Assembly: GCA_964604745.1 (NCBI GenBank)
Contig: CAZSAW010000080.1
Coordinates: forward strand, 12,245-76,244
Direction of reading: 5' to 3'
From: an uncultured Hyphomicrobiales bacterium
GTDB taxonomy: Bacteria; Pseudomonadota; Alphaproteobacteria; Rhizobiales; Xanthobacteraceae
DNA length: 64,000 nucleotides
Below, piece after piece: positions 1-9,811 of the stretch; the stretch's first letter is position 1, and every line of letters begins with the position of its first letter. Position numbers and translations under genes: made by a program. Under the pieces are notes generated by a model. The model did no database searches, had not been told where the DNA came from, and was given only the letters and a program-made list of their open reading frames with translations.

Positions 1-16
1 TGCGGAGCTAGAGAGC

Positions 17-1297
17 ATGCTCGGCGCGATGGGAGCGGCCTTCGTCCTGACGCTGCTGGTCGGCGTGCCGGTCGCCTTTTGCCTGGGACTGACAGGACTC
101 ATCGGTCTTCTCGCCTGGGGGAAGGTCTCGCTCATCCTCATCCCGCAGCGGATGTTCACCGGCGTCGACAGCTTCGTGCTGATGGCGGTGCCGTTCTTCA
201 TGCTCGCAGGCGAGCTTATGGGGACATCGGGCATCCTGAGCCGCCTTCTGCGTTTTGCCGACATGCTGGTCGGCGGCATGCGCGGCGGCCTCGCGCAAGT
301 GAACATCGTCTCGTCGATGGTCTTCGCCGGTGTGTCAGGTTCGGCCATCGCAGATGCGTCGGCGCTGGGCTCGGCGCTCATCCCGACCATGCGCAAGCAA
401 TACGGCAACGATTTCGCTGCGGGCGTCTGCGCCAGCGCGGCGGTCATGGGACCGATCATCCCGCCCAGCATCCCGATGGTGGTCTATGCGCTGATCGCCA
501 ACGTTTCCGTTGCCGGCCTTTTTATCGCCGGTGTCGTTCCCGGTCTGCTGATCGGCATCGGCATGATGATGATCGCTTACGTCATCGCCGTGAAGCGCAA
601 ATACCCCTGGCGGCAGGAGAGGATTTCCGCCGCGGAAGCCTGGGAGCGCACGTGGCAGGCCTTGCCCGCGCTGCTCATGCCCCTCATCATTATCGGCGGC
701 ATCCTGTTCGGTATCGTGACCCCGACCGAGGCTGGGGCGATTGCCGTCCTTTACGGCGTCTTTGTCGGCTTTGTGATCACGCGCGAACTGAAATGGTCGC
801 ATTTTCCCAATGCGCTGCTCCGCAGCGGAATCGCCACGGGCGTCGTCTTTATTCTTGTTGCGACATCGAACGTGGTGTCGTGGGTCATTACGGCGGTGCA
901 GGTGCCGGAAATGCTCGGCGCGGCGGTGCGCTCGGTTTCGGCCAATCCGCTCATTTTTCTGCTGATCGTCAATATTCTGCTGCTGATCATCGGTGCGCTG
1001 ATCGACAATATTGTCGCGATGATCATGCTGGCACCGATTCTTGCGCCGATAGCAAAGAGCTACGGCATCGATCCGCTGCATTTCGGCTTCATCTTCGTGA
1101 TGAATGGTGTGCTCGGGCTGCTGACGCCGCCATTCGGCATCGTACTGTTCGTGATCTGCGCCATCGCCAGATTGCCGTTGCTGCGGCTGTCGAAGGCCGT
1201 CCTGCCGTTTCTGATCTGGCAGATCGTCGTTCTGTTCATCTGTACCTATGTGCCGGTGCTCGTCGTCGGGCTCCCGCACATGTTCGGTTATCGGTAG
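17..1297 (+). CDS. dctM: TRAP transporter large permease (DctM family)
   Basis: 426 aa, about 12 hydrophobic segments; DctM motifs 'SGSAIADASALG', 'GPIIPPSIPMVVY', 'GIVTPTEAG', 'GLLTPPFG'. Confidence 0.93.
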   Translation: MLGAMGAAFVLTLLVGVPVAFCLGLTGLIGLLAWGKVSLILIPQRMFTGVDSFVLMAVPFFMLAGELMGTSGILSRLLRFADMLVGGMRGGLAQVNIVSSMVFAGVSGSAIADASALGSALIPTMRKQYGNDFAAGVCASAAVMGPIIPPSIPMVVYALIANVSVAGLFIAGVVPGLLIGIGMMMIAYVIAVKRKYPWRQERISAAEAWERTWQALPALLMPLIIIGGILFGIVTPTEAGAIAVLYGVFVGFVITRELKWSHFPNALLRSGIATGVVFILVATSNVVSWVITAVQVPEMLGAAVRSVSANPLIFLLIVNILLLIIGALIDNIVAMIMLAPILAPIAKSYGIDPLHFGFIFVMNGVLGLLTPPFGIVLFVICAIARLPLLRLSKAVLPFLIWQIVVLFICTYVPVLVVGLPHMFGYR

Positions 1298-1314
1298 TCC
1301 AAGGAGAGGAAAAA

Positions 1315-2298
1315 ATGAAAAAGTCGAGCCTTACGGGTTTCGTCGTCGCGGGTCTGCTCGCGATGTTCGTCAATGCGGCTGGCGCGGCGGAGACGCTGCG
1401 TTTTGCCAGCGCCGCAACGCCCGGCGATCGCGCGGAAACGGCGGCGATGCGCATGATCGAGATCATCAACCAGAAAACTGGCGGCCGCTACAAGGTCGAG
1501 TATTTCGGCTCGTCCGCTCTCGGCGGCGAGCGCGAGCTCACTGAGGGCGTGAAGCTCGGCACGATCGATTTCGGCATGACGTCGACGTCGGCGATGACGA
1601 CCTTCGTTCCGCAACTCGCGTTCTACGACATGCCGTTCCTGTTCCGCGATGCCGGTCATGCCCGGCGTGTGGCGACCGGCGCCGTCGGCAACAAGCTGAT
1701 GACAGCGATGGAAGCGAGCGGCATCAAGGGTCTGGCGACCGCGGAATCCGGCTTCCGCAACATGATCACCAACAAGCTCGCAGTGACCAAGCCCGCCGAC
1801 ATGAACGGCCTCAAGATCCGCGTGATCGAGAGCCCGGCACATATCGCGGCGATCAAGGCGATGGGCGCAAGCCCGGTGCCGATCGCATTCCCGGAAGTGT
1901 ACGGCTCGCTGCAGCAGGGCGTTGTTGACGGCCTCGATCTGCCGATCGGCAATATTGCCCCGCCAAAGCTCTACGAGGTGACGAAATACGTCTCGCTCAC
2001 CGAGCACATCTATACGCCGCACGTCTTCATCATGAATCTGGCGCTGTTCAACAAGATGTCGCCCGACGACCAGAAGGTGATGATCGAGGCGGCGAAAGAA
2101 GGCGCGGATGTCGAACGCAAGATGAACGACGAGCTCGTCGTCCAATGGACCGACGAATTGAAAGCCAAGGGCATGACGATTGTGCCGGTCTCCACGGAGC
2201 AGAAGGCGGCCTTTGCCGAACGCATGAAGCCGATGTGGAGCCAGTTCGAGGGCCGGATCGGCAAGGGGCTGATCGAAGAAGCGATCGCCGCGCCGTAA
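1315..2298 (+). CDS. dctP: TRAP substrate-binding protein (DctP family)
   Basis: 3' part of ORF 79..2298. ATG at 1315 follows AGGAGAGG RBS. Signal peptide, then 'GLKIRVIES', 'PIAFPEVYGSLQQGVVDG', 'SLTEHIY'. Confidence 0.93.
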   Translation: MKKSSLTGFVVAGLLAMFVNAAGAAETLRFASAATPGDRAETAAMRMIEIINQKTGGRYKVEYFGSSALGGERELTEGVKLGTIDFGMTSTSAMTTFVPQLAFYDMPFLFRDAGHARRVATGAVGNKLMTAMEASGIKGLATAESGFRNMITNKLAVTKPADMNGLKIRVIESPAHIAAIKAMGASPVPIAFPEVYGSLQQGVVDGLDLPIGNIAPPKLYEVTKYVSLTEHIYTPHVFIMNLALFNKMSPDDQKVMIEAAKEGADVERKMNDELVVQWTDELKAKGMTIVPVSTEQKAAFAERMKPMWSQFEGRIGKGLIEEAIAAP

Positions 2299-2320
2299 CC
2301 GAAGGGCAAAAAAGAAACAC

Positions 2321-2346
2321 GCAGCCCGGTGGGGGCGCCGGGCTGC
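2321..2346. other. GC-rich stem-loop after dctP
   Basis: GCAGCCCGG...CCGGGCTGC inverted repeat, preceded by an A-run (a U-tract on the minus strand). Confidence 0.55.
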
Positions 2347-2367
2347 ATTATCCGTGGAATAAGAAAC

Positions 2368-3708
2368 ATGCTGGACAAATCGACACTTCGGATCGGCTGT
2401 GGCGCCGGTCAGGCTTACGATCGGATCGGTCCCGCCAAGGACCTCGCCGAATCGGGCCGCCTCGACTTTCTCATCTTTGAATGCCTGGCCGAGCGTACGC
2501 TGGCGCATGGTCACGCGGAGCGCATGCGCGATCCGTCCAAGGGCTACAATTCGATGCTGGAGAACCGACTGACGGCGGTGCTCAAGCCGGCGCGCGACAG
2601 CGGCACGCGCATCGTCACCAACATGGGCAGCGCCAACCCGCGCGCCGCCGGCGAAGCGGCCGCGCAGGTCGCGCGCAAGCTTGGCCTCAAAGGCCTGCGT
2701 ATCGGCGTCGTCGAAGGTGACGACGTGACGGCACTGGTCGACGAGAACACGCCGCTTCCGGAAATCGGCAAGACCGTGCGCGAGTTCGGCCGGCCGATGA
2801 TCGGCGCCAACGCCTATCTCGGCGCGGACGCGATCATTCCTGCGCTCGAACAGGGCGCAGATCTCGTTATCACCGGACGCGTCGCCGACCCATCGCTTTT
2901 TCTCGCCGCGATTGCGCATCGCTTCGGCTGGAAGCTCGATGACTGGCCGCGCGTGGCGAACGGCACCATGGTCGGGCATCTTCTTGAATGCACGACGCAG
3001 GTGACCGGTGGCTATTTTGCCGATCCGGGCGTCAAGGAGGTGCCCGATCTCGTCAATCTCGGCTATCCGATTGCCGAGGTGAAAGAGAGCGGCGAGGCCG
3101 TCATCACCAAGCTCGACGGCACCGGCGGCCTCGTCTCGCCGCTGACAGTGAAGGAACAGCTGATCTACGAAGTGCACGATCCGCGCGCCTATCTGACGCC
3201 GGACGTCACCGCCGATTTCAGCCGCGTGAAAGTGCAGGAAGATGGACGCGATCGCATCAAGGTCTCGAATGCCGGTGGGCGTGCCCGTCCGCCGAAGCTG
3301 AAGGCGCTGGTCGCGTTCGACGGCGGGCTGCGGGCCGAAGCCGAAATCAGCTATAGCGGCCCGAATGCTCAGGAGCGGGCCGAACTCGCCCTTCACGTCG
3401 TTCGCGAGCGGATGAAGCAATATAAGTGCGACGATCCGATGCGGTTCGACCTGATCGGCGTCAACTCGATTCATGCCACCGGCGTGAAGCGCGTCACCGA
3501 TACGCAGGACGTTCGCCTGCGCGCGGCCATGCGCACCTTCGATCGCGACATGGCCGAGGCGCTTCTCTCCGAGGTCGATGGCTTGCACATGGGCGGTCCG
3601 GCCGGCGGCGGCGGTTATCGCAGCTCAATCGTTCCGAGCGTGCTGACGCAGCCGACTTTCCTGGATCGGGAGAAAGTCCCGACGCGCGTGACGATGGTGA
3701 CCGCATGA
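2368..3708 (+). CDS. Acyclic terpene utilization AtuA-family protein (DUF1446)
   Basis: 'LRIGCGAGQAYDRIGPA', 'FECLAERT', 'IVTNMGSANP', 'GADLVITGRVADPSLF', 'GHLLECTTQVTGGYF', 'EQLIYEVHDP..YLTPDV'. Confidence 0.88.
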   Translation: MLDKSTLRIGCGAGQAYDRIGPAKDLAESGRLDFLIFECLAERTLAHGHAERMRDPSKGYNSMLENRLTAVLKPARDSGTRIVTNMGSANPRAAGEAAAQVARKLGLKGLRIGVVEGDDVTALVDENTPLPEIGKTVREFGRPMIGANAYLGADAIIPALEQGADLVITGRVADPSLFLAAIAHRFGWKLDDWPRVANGTMVGHLLECTTQVTGGYFADPGVKEVPDLVNLGYPIAEVKESGEAVITKLDGTGGLVSPLTVKEQLIYEVHDPRAYLTPDVTADFSRVKVQEDGRDRIKVSNAGGRARPPKLKALVAFDGGLRAEAEISYSGPNAQERAELALHVVRERMKQYKCDDPMRFDLIGVNSIHATGVKRVTDTQDVRLRAAMRTFDRDMAEALLSEVDGLHMGGPAGGGGYRSSIVPSVLTQPTFLDREKVPTRVTMVTA

Positions 3709-4052
3709 AACATAACGTGCCCCTGCATCAGGTCGCGGCAGCGCGCGCTGGCGACAAGGGAAATGTGTCGAGCATCTCGGTGTGGCCGTACGATCCGCGT
3801 CACTACGAGGATCTGAAGGAATCGTTGACAGCTGACCGTGTGAAGAAAGCTTTTCCCAATCTCTTCACCGGCCCGGTCGAGCGCTACGAGATGGACGAGT
3901 TGAAGGGCCTGAACTTCGTCATGCGCGATGCGCTGGAGGGCGGGGTGAATTCCTCGCTCAATCTCGACGCGCACGGCAAGAGCTTCAGCTTCCTGATGCT
4001 GTCGATCCCGGTGGAAGTCCGCCTCTACAACGACGACGGCTCCGAGCGCTGA
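3705..4052 (+). CDS. Small AtuA-associated protein (stand-alone AtuA C-terminal-like domain)
   Basis: ATGA overlap with upstream stop; 'ARAGDKGN', 'VERYEM', 'LNFVM..ALEGGV..SL..DAHGKS'. Confidence 0.85.
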   Translation: MKHNVPLHQVAAARAGDKGNVSSISVWPYDPRHYEDLKESLTADRVKKAFPNLFTGPVERYEMDELKGLNFVMRDALEGGVNSSLNLDAHGKSFSFLMLSIPVEVRLYNDDGSER

Positions 4053-4074
4053 ACGGCGGGCCGCGGAACATAAT

Positions 4075-4109
4075 CAAAGGGCCCGGTCGATCCGGGCCCT
4101 TTGTCTTTG
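4075..4109 (+). terminator. Rho-independent terminator, possibly bidirectional
   Basis: CAAAGGGCCCGG-tcgat-CCGGGCCCTTTG 12-bp stem followed by tcttt, lying between convergent genes. Confidence 0.75.
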
Positions 4110-4122
4110 TGCGCAGGATGGC

Positions 4123-4302
4123 TTATCGCCCGCCATTCGCATGAATGCGCGCCAGGCGGCTGAAGCGCCTGATATCGCGCTGCGCCTGCCTGAACTGCGA
4201 TTGGGAAACAGCGCGGTGCGCACGCGCGGCGACGAAACAGTCGAGCGCATCGCCAAGAATGCTGCTGATGCGCACGAACGAGCGGGACGTGATCGTAGTC
4301 AT
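4123..4302 (-). CDS. Small hypothetical protein (59 aa)
   Basis: Internal ATG of ORF 4123..4449 preceded by AGGAG RBS; MTTITSRSFVRISSILGDALDCFVAARAHRAV... Confidence 0.55.
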   Translation of the reverse strand: MTTITSRSFVRISSILGDALDCFVAARAHRAVSQSQFRQAQRDIRRFSRLARIHANGGR

Positions 4303-4328
4303 CGACTTGCTCCTGGATGGTGGCTGTC

Positions 4329-4523
4329 CTAGTGGCCAGATGCCGGCCACCAGATGTAAAGGCGCAGCGCGATGATGCTCGCGAGGACTGCAGCCGAGAC
4401 AAGAACGGACACGGTGATGTCCAGTGCCGTCTTGGCAATGGCTTTCCATCGCCGCGGCTTCACGGCGGCTGCGGAATCGGCGTCGCGTACGCGATGCGGA
4501 TGATCATAGGTGATGACGGACAT
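4329..4523 (-). CDS. Small single-TM hypothetical protein (64 aa)
   Basis: GAAGGAGA RBS; MSVITYDH..., hydrophobic stretch ALDITVSVLVSAAVLASIIALRLYIWW. Confidence 0.65.
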   Translation of the reverse strand: MSVITYDHPHRVRDADSAAAVKPRRWKAIAKTALDITVSVLVSAAVLASIIALRLYIWWPASGH

Positions 4524-4656
4524 TGCAGTCTCTCCTTCTCCTGACGCGCCGAGCGGGGCGCGCTCTTTCGTTGGGAGACATGAACCTCGCGGCATATGAA
4601 ATCGAGAGGGAGCGGGTGGCGATCTCATAAGCGAAGCATAAGAGCGGGTGGGGCGA

Positions 4657-4926
4657 TCAGCCTGCTCCGCGCGCGAGACAGGCGATCGCGCCATAGGCGA
4701 ACGCTTCATCCCAGTGCGTGAGGTCGGAGCCGAGCGGCCATTCGCGCCGGATGATTCCGATGACGGCGCAATAAACCGCGCCAACGAAAAGAAGCATGGC
4801 GAGCGTGCGCGCAAAGCCCTGACTGCCGAACGCTGCGAAAATGCACAGGAGGGCGATGCGCAGGATAAAGCGGACGATTGCTTGCGCGCTTTGCTGATGC
4901 GGCGACGGGTCGGAATGCGACGGCAC
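4657..4926 (-). CDS. Hypothetical membrane protein (89 aa)
   Basis: Two to three hydrophobic segments; C-terminal 'LTHWDEAFAY'. Confidence 0.65.
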   Translation of the reverse strand: MPSHSDPSPHQQSAQAIVRFILRIALLCIFAAFGSQGFARTLAMLLFVGAVYCAVIGIIRREWPLGSDLTHWDEAFAYGAIACLARGAG

Positions 4927-4938
4927 GGCGCGGGCGAT

Positions 4939-5412
4939 CTAACTGAAATTGTCGCAGCAGGCGGCTTCCAGCGAATTGGCCGGGACGGGGCAGGGCGCAA
5001 CCGGAACAGCGGTGTCGCCCTTGTCCGAATGCATGCTGCAATGAGCCGCGACGAACGCCCTCAGGATGGCGAGCGCAAGGGTCGCGCCATGCGCGTCAAC
5101 GCTGTCGTCGAGCCAATTTGGCAGACGCGTGTCCGACGACAGCGTGCAATGCCACTCGCCATCGTCGAAGGTGGCGCGGCGCAGCGACCATTGCGGCAGC
5201 TCGACCGCGATCAGCATGAGAGCGGCTTCGACCCACGCTTCGTTTGCGACGAGGGCGCGAAAGCGGGCCCCATGGTTCGACGGAAGCGCGGCGAGACGGT
5301 TGCAGACTCGCGCGATCGTGTCGTTCATCAGTTTGGCCGTCACCGTCTCGGCACACGCCAGCCGCGCCTCCAGGCGCTGCGTCGATGAGATCGGATTTGC
5401 AAAAGCCAGCAT
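4939..5412 (-). CDS. Hypothetical protein
   Basis: Protein-like composition ('AWVEAALMLIAVELPQWSLRR...DDGEWHCTLS'); start uncertain (5412 or 5517). Confidence 0.65.
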   Translation of the reverse strand: MLAFANPISSTQRLEARLACAETVTAKLMNDTIARVCNRLAALPSNHGARFRALVANEAWVEAALMLIAVELPQWSLRRATFDDGEWHCTLSSDTRLPNWLDDSVDAHGATLALAILRAFVAAHCSMHSDKGDTAVPVAPCPVPANSLEAACCDNFS

Positions 5413-5492
5413 GACACCATCTCGGATACGTTGTGTGCTGGCAAAGGTGGCGAAGGGGGCATTTGAAAGCGAGATGGACGCGCGGCCAATTG

Positions 5493-5509
5493 CATAAAGG
5501 CCGTATAAG
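5493..5509 (-). promoter_or_regulatory. Putative KdpE-type direct-repeat box facing the divergent small genes
   Basis: Minus strand CTTATAC-GGCC-TTTATG: half-sites 11 bp apart, resembling the E. coli KdpE site TTTATA-N5-TTTACA. Confidence 0.4.
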
Positions 5510-5565
5510 GACAGCAATGGAACTCTGGTGCTTGCAAAAGCTCAAAAGCGCGGACCGCGGCGGCC

Positions 5566-5585
5566 TTTATGAGATTCCTATAAAG
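5566..5585 (+). promoter_or_regulatory. Putative KdpE box upstream of the kdp operon
   Basis: TTTATG-AGATT-CCTATA-AAG: AT-rich half-sites 11 bp apart, about 145 bp upstream of the first kdp ORF. Confidence 0.5.
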
Positions 5586-5728
5586 ACGCCCCCTCCTTCG
5601 TCTCGAAAACCTATGCCGTCGGTGGCACATCGCAGCCCGCAAGTGCAGCGCGGTGATTGCCTTGCGGGCCCTTGCTCGCAGACAATCTGCACGCTGGGCG
5701 ATATTCGGAAAATCACCGGGAGTCACCA

Positions 5729-5812
5729 ATGCTTGATCTCGTCATGCTTGCAATCGGCCTCACCTTTTTCGTGGCGTCGATCGGCTACGTCTATGCGTGC
5801 GATCGGCTCTGA
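5729..5812 (+). CDS. 27-aa hydrophobic peptide preceding kdpF (not in ORF track)
   Basis: GGGAG RBS; MLDLVMLAIGLTFFVASIGYVYACDRL*; its stop is followed by the GAGGAGG RBS of kdpF. Confidence 0.75.
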   Translation: MLDLVMLAIGLTFFVASIGYVYACDRL

Positions 5813-5822
5813 GGAGGCCAAC

Positions 5823-5912
5823 ATGTTTTTCGACTATTCACTCGCCGCCCTCGTGACCGCAGGGCTGCTCGTCTACCTAACCTACGCTCTGCTGCGGCCG
5901 GAGCAATTTTAG
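5823..5912 (+). CDS. kdpF: K+-transporting ATPase subunit F
   Basis: MFFDYSLAALVTAGLLVYLTYALLRPEQF; the C-terminal YL.YALLRPE.F is the KdpF signature. Confidence 0.92.
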   Translation: MFFDYSLAALVTAGLLVYLTYALLRPEQF

Positions 5913-5987
5913 GCGTTGCGTCGCGACAAGGCCCGGCGATCCGAAGCCGGTGCCGCGCGACCTCATGCGCAAACAAGAAGGCGTGTC

Positions 5988-7691
5988 ATGACCGTCAATG
6001 GCTGGGTGCAGATCGTTCTCTATTTTGTCGTGCTAACGGCCCTCGTCGTTCCGCTCGGGCGTTTCATGGCGAGGGTGTTCGAAGGCGAACGCACGTTTCT
6101 CTCTCCGGTGCTGCGGCCGGTAGAGGTCATTCTCTATCGGGTCGCTGGTGTCGACGAAAGGCGCGAGCAGCACTGGATCACCTATACGGTCGCGATGCTG
6201 ATCTTCAACGCGGCCGGATTCGCACTTGTCTATGCGATCCTTCGCCTGCAGGCGCTGCTGCCGCTCAATCCGGCCGACATGTCCGCGGTCAGTCCCGATC
6301 TGACCTTCAATACGGCCGTCAGCTTTGCCTCCAACACCAACTGGCAGAATTACGGCGGCGAAAGCACGCTCAGCTATTTCAGCCAGATGGTCGGATTGAC
6401 GACCCAGAACTTCGTTTCGGCCGCGACCGGCATCGCGCTGGCGGTTGCGCTCATTCGCGGCTTTGCCCGCGCCTCGATGCAGACGGTCGGCAATTTCTGG
6501 GTCGATCTGACCCGTTGCACGCTCTACATCCTGCTGCCGCTCTCGATCGTCGCGGCAATCTTTCTTGTGTGGCAGGGCGTGCCGCAAAATCTCGGTGCCT
6601 ATGTCGATGCGACGACGCTCGAGGGCGCGAAGCAGACGCTGAGCCAGGGACCGGCCGCCTCGCAGATCGCGATCAAGCAACTCGGTACCACTGGTGGCGG
6701 CTTCTGGAATGCCAATTCGTCGGTGCCCTATGAAAATCCGACGCCGCTGACGAATTTCGTCGAGCTCATCTATATCCTGCTGATTTCGGCGGCGTTGACG
6801 CACACTTTCGGTCGCATGGTGAAGGATGAGCGACAGGGCTGGGCGCTCTATGCCGCCATGTCCGTCATTTTTCTCGCCGGAATTGCCGTCTGTTACTGGG
6901 CCGAGGGTGCCGGCAACACGCATTTCGCCGCGCTCGGCCTCGATCCCGGTAATATGGAAGGCAAGGAGGTCCGCTTCGGTCTCGCCAATTCGAGCCTGTG
7001 GGCAGTCGCGACCACGGCGGCGTCGAACGGCTCCGTCAACGCGATGCACGACAGCTTCACGCCGCTCGGCGGCATGATTCCCATTATTATGATGGAACTC
7101 GGCGAGATCATCTACGGCGGCGTCGGCTCCGGCCTTTACGGCATGCTGCTGATGGTCATCGTCGCCGTCTTCGTCGCGGGCCTCATGGTCGGGCGGACAC
7201 CGGAATATCTCGGCAAGAAGATCGAGGCGAAGGAAGTGAAGATGGCGATGCTCGCCATCCTTGTGCTGCCGCTGTCGATGCTCGGCTTTACCGCAATAGC
7301 GGTGATGCTGCCGTTCGGGCTCTCCAGCATGCAGGATGCCGGCCCGCACGGCTTCAGCGAAGTTCTTTATTACTACACGTCGCAGACCGCGAATAACGGT
7401 TCTGCTTTCGCAGGCTTCACCGGCAACACGCTCTGGTACAACACGACCGGCGGCGTCGCGATGCTGATCGGCCGCTATTGCGTCATCGTGCCGATGATGG
7501 CGGTGGCCGGCACGCTGGTCGGCAAGAAGACCGTCCCGGTCTCGCTCGGCACCTTCCCGACCCATGGCGCGCTGTTCGTCGGCCTGCTTGTCGGCGTGAT
7601 TATCATTGTCGGCGGCCTGACATTCTTTCCCGTGCTCGCGCTTGGACCGATCGTCGAGCACCTCGCGATGCTCGCAAAAAGCGTCTTCTGA
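5988..7691 (+). CDS. kdpA: K+-transporting ATPase subunit A
   Basis: Four selectivity-filter motifs NTNWQ, GTTGGG, ASNGSV, ANNGSAF; also 'GGVGSGLYG', '[12 protein letters not shown]'. Confidence 0.97.
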   Translation: MTVNGWVQIVLYFVVLTALVVPLGRFMARVFEGERTFLSPVLRPVEVILYRVAGVDERREQHWITYTVAMLIFNAAGFALVYAILRLQALLPLNPADMSAVSPDLTFNTAVSFASNTNWQNYGGESTLSYFSQMVGLTTQNFVSAATGIALAVALIRGFARASMQTVGNFWVDLTRCTLYILLPLSIVAAIFLVWQGVPQNLGAYVDATTLEGAKQTLSQGPAASQIAIKQLGTTGGGFWNANSSVPYENPTPLTNFVELIYILLISAALTHTFGRMVKDERQGWALYAAMSVIFLAGIAVCYWAEGAGNTHFAALGLDPGNMEGKEVRFGLANSSLWAVATTAASNGSVNAMHDSFTPLGGMIPIIMMELGEIIYGGVGSGLYGMLLMVIVAVFVAGLMVGRTPEYLGKKIEAKEVKMAMLAILVLPLSMLGFTAIAVMLPFGLSSMQDAGPHGFSEVLYYYTSQTANNGSAFAGFTGNTLWYNTTGGVAMLIGRYCVIVPMMAVAGTLVGKKTVPVSLGTFPTHGALFVGLLVGVIIIVGGLTFFPVLALGPIVEHLAMLAKSVF

Positions 7692-7718
7692 CCGGATTTT
7701 CTTTTCGGAGTAATTTCC

Positions 7719-9800
7719 ATGGAAACGTCGCAAATCCGCAAGCGCATGCCGGTATCCGCTCTGTTTGATGCGCGGATCGTGCTCCCGGCCATCGGCGCGA
7801 GCGTCGCAAAGCTCGACCCGCGGGTGATGATCAAAAACCCGGTCATGTTCGTGGTCGAGATCGTCGCCGCTCTGACAACGGTGGTTTTTATCCGCGAGGT
7901 GTTGATGGGTGGGGAGAATCTCGCTTTCACCGCCCAGATCATCGGCTGGCTGTGGATCACGGTCCTCTTCGCCAATTTCTCCGAAGCAGTTGCGGAGGGG
8001 CGCGGCAAGGCGCAAGCGGATTCCTTGCGCCGCACGCGCACCGAAACGCAGGCGAAGCTTCTCGCCGGCACCGATCGCACGAATTACAAGCTTGTCCCGG
8101 GCACAGGCCTGAAGGTCGGCGATGTCGTTCTGGTCGAAGCGGGCGACACGATCCCTTCGGATGGCGAGGTGATCGAAGGCATCGCTTCGGTCAACGAGGC
8201 GGCAATCACGGGTGAATCCGCCCCGGTCATCCGCGAATCAGGTGGCGACCGGTCGGCCGTGACCGGTGGCACGCAAGTGCTGTCGGACTGGATCCGTGTG
8301 CGCATCACCGCGGCACCGGGCTCGACCTTTCTCGACCGCATGATCAAGCTGGTCGAGGGCGCCGAACGGCAGAAGACGCCGAACGAGATTGCCCTCAACA
8401 TTCTCCTGATCGGCATGACGCTGATCTTCGTTTTTGCCACCGCGACTATTCCGAGCTTTGCTCACTATGCCGGCGGCACGATTCCGATCGTTGTCATCGT
8501 CGCACTGTTCGTCACGCTTATTCCGACGACGATCGGCGCGCTTCTGTCTGCCATTGGCATTGCCGGCATGGACCGGCTGGTGCGGTTCAATGTCCTCGCC
8601 ATGTCAGGACGTGCGGTCGAGGCATCTGGCGACGTCGATACGCTTCTCCTTGACAAGACTGGCACGATCACGCTCGGCAATCGTCAGGCCACGGAACTGA
8701 AGCCTCTGAAAGGCGTGTCCGAGCGCGACTTGGCGGATGCGGCACAGCTCGCCTCGCTCGCCGATGAGACGCCGGAGGGCCGTTCCATCGTCGTCCTCGT
8801 CAAGGAGAAATACGGCATCCGCGGTCGCGACGTCGCCGATGTCAATGCGCATTTCGTTCCGTTCACGGCACAGAGCCGCATGAGCGGAGTCCAGATGGGC
8901 AACACCGTGATCCGCAAGGGCGCCGTTGATGCGATCCTGAAATATGTCAGCACGCAGGACGGCAAGGGCGGTGTCACTTCCGAGGATGCGCGCGAGATCA
9001 ACGCTATCGCCGATTCGATCGCCAAATCCGGCGGCACGCCGCTCGCGGTCGCGTGCGACGGCAGACTTCTCGGCGTCATTCACCTCAAGGACATCGTGAA
9101 AGGCGGCATCCGCGAGCGCTTCGCCGAGCTGCGGCGCATGGGCATCCGCACCATCATGATCACCGGCGATAATCCGATGACGGCGGCGGCCATCGCCGCC
9201 GAGGCTGGCGTTGACGATTTCCTCGCCCAGGCGACACCGGAAGACAAGTTGCGGCTCATCCGTGACGAACAGGCCAAGGGCAAGCTCGTCGCCATGTGCG
9301 GAGACGGCACAAACGATGCGCCCGCGCTCGCGCAGGCCGATGTCGGCGTCGCCATGAACACGGGTACGGTCGCGGCGCGGGAAGCCGGCAACATGGTCGA
9401 TCTCGATTCCAATCCCACAAAGCTGATCGAAATCGTCGAGATCGGCAAGCAATTGCTGATGACACGCGGCGCGTTGACGACCTTCTCCATCGCCAACGAC
9501 GTGGCGAAATATTTCGCCATCATCCCGGCGATGTTCCTCGCCTTCTATCCACAATTGCAGGCGCTGAATGTAATGAATCTGGCGACGCCGCAGAGCGCGA
9601 TCTTGTCGGCGATCATCTTCAACGCGCTGATTATCGTCGCGCTCATTCCGCTGGCGCTGAAGGGCGTTGCCTATCGTCCCATCGGCGCCGGGCCGCTGTT
9701 GCGCCGGAACCTCCTGGTCTACGGGCTTGGCGGCATCATCGTTCCGTTTGTTGGCATCAAGGCCATTGACCTCCTAGTCACCGCCTTGCACCTCGCCTGA
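7719..9800 (+). CDS. kdpB: K+-transporting P-type ATPase subunit B
   Basis: TGES, DKTGT phosphorylation site, KGAVD, TGDN and [10 protein letters not shown] motifs. Confidence 0.98.
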   Translation: METSQIRKRMPVSALFDARIVLPAIGASVAKLDPRVMIKNPVMFVVEIVAALTTVVFIREVLMGGENLAFTAQIIGWLWITVLFANFSEAVAEGRGKAQADSLRRTRTETQAKLLAGTDRTNYKLVPGTGLKVGDVVLVEAGDTIPSDGEVIEGIASVNEAAITGESAPVIRESGGDRSAVTGGTQVLSDWIRVRITAAPGSTFLDRMIKLVEGAERQKTPNEIALNILLIGMTLIFVFATATIPSFAHYAGGTIPIVVIVALFVTLIPTTIGALLSAIGIAGMDRLVRFNVLAMSGRAVEASGDVDTLLLDKTGTITLGNRQATELKPLKGVSERDLADAAQLASLADETPEGRSIVVLVKEKYGIRGRDVADVNAHFVPFTAQSRMSGVQMGNTVIRKGAVDAILKYVSTQDGKGGVTSEDAREINAIADSIAKSGGTPLAVACDGRLLGVIHLKDIVKGGIRERFAELRRMGIRTIMITGDNPMTAAAIAAEAGVDDFLAQATPEDKLRLIRDEQAKGKLVAMCGDGTNDAPALAQADVGVAMNTGTVAAREAGNMVDLDSNPTKLIEIVEIGKQLLMTRGALTTFSIANDVAKYFAIIPAMFLAFYPQLQALNVMNLATPQSAILSAIIFNALIIVALIPLALKGVAYRPIGAGPLLRRNLLVYGLGGIIVPFVGIKAIDLLVTALHLA

Positions 9801-9811
9801 GGAGACGCATC

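Noticed and set aside
79-1314. N-terminal 412 aa of the 739-aa ORF 79..2298
   Set aside because: Arg/Gly-rich off-frame shadow of dctM. The real dctP starts at 1315 with an RBS and signal peptide; not a fusion.
1288-3588. 766-aa minus-strand ORF
   Set aside because: Antisense shadow of dctP/atuA, typical of high-GC DNA; no motifs.
6033-8015. 660-aa minus-strand ORF
   Set aside because: Antisense to kdpA/kdpB.
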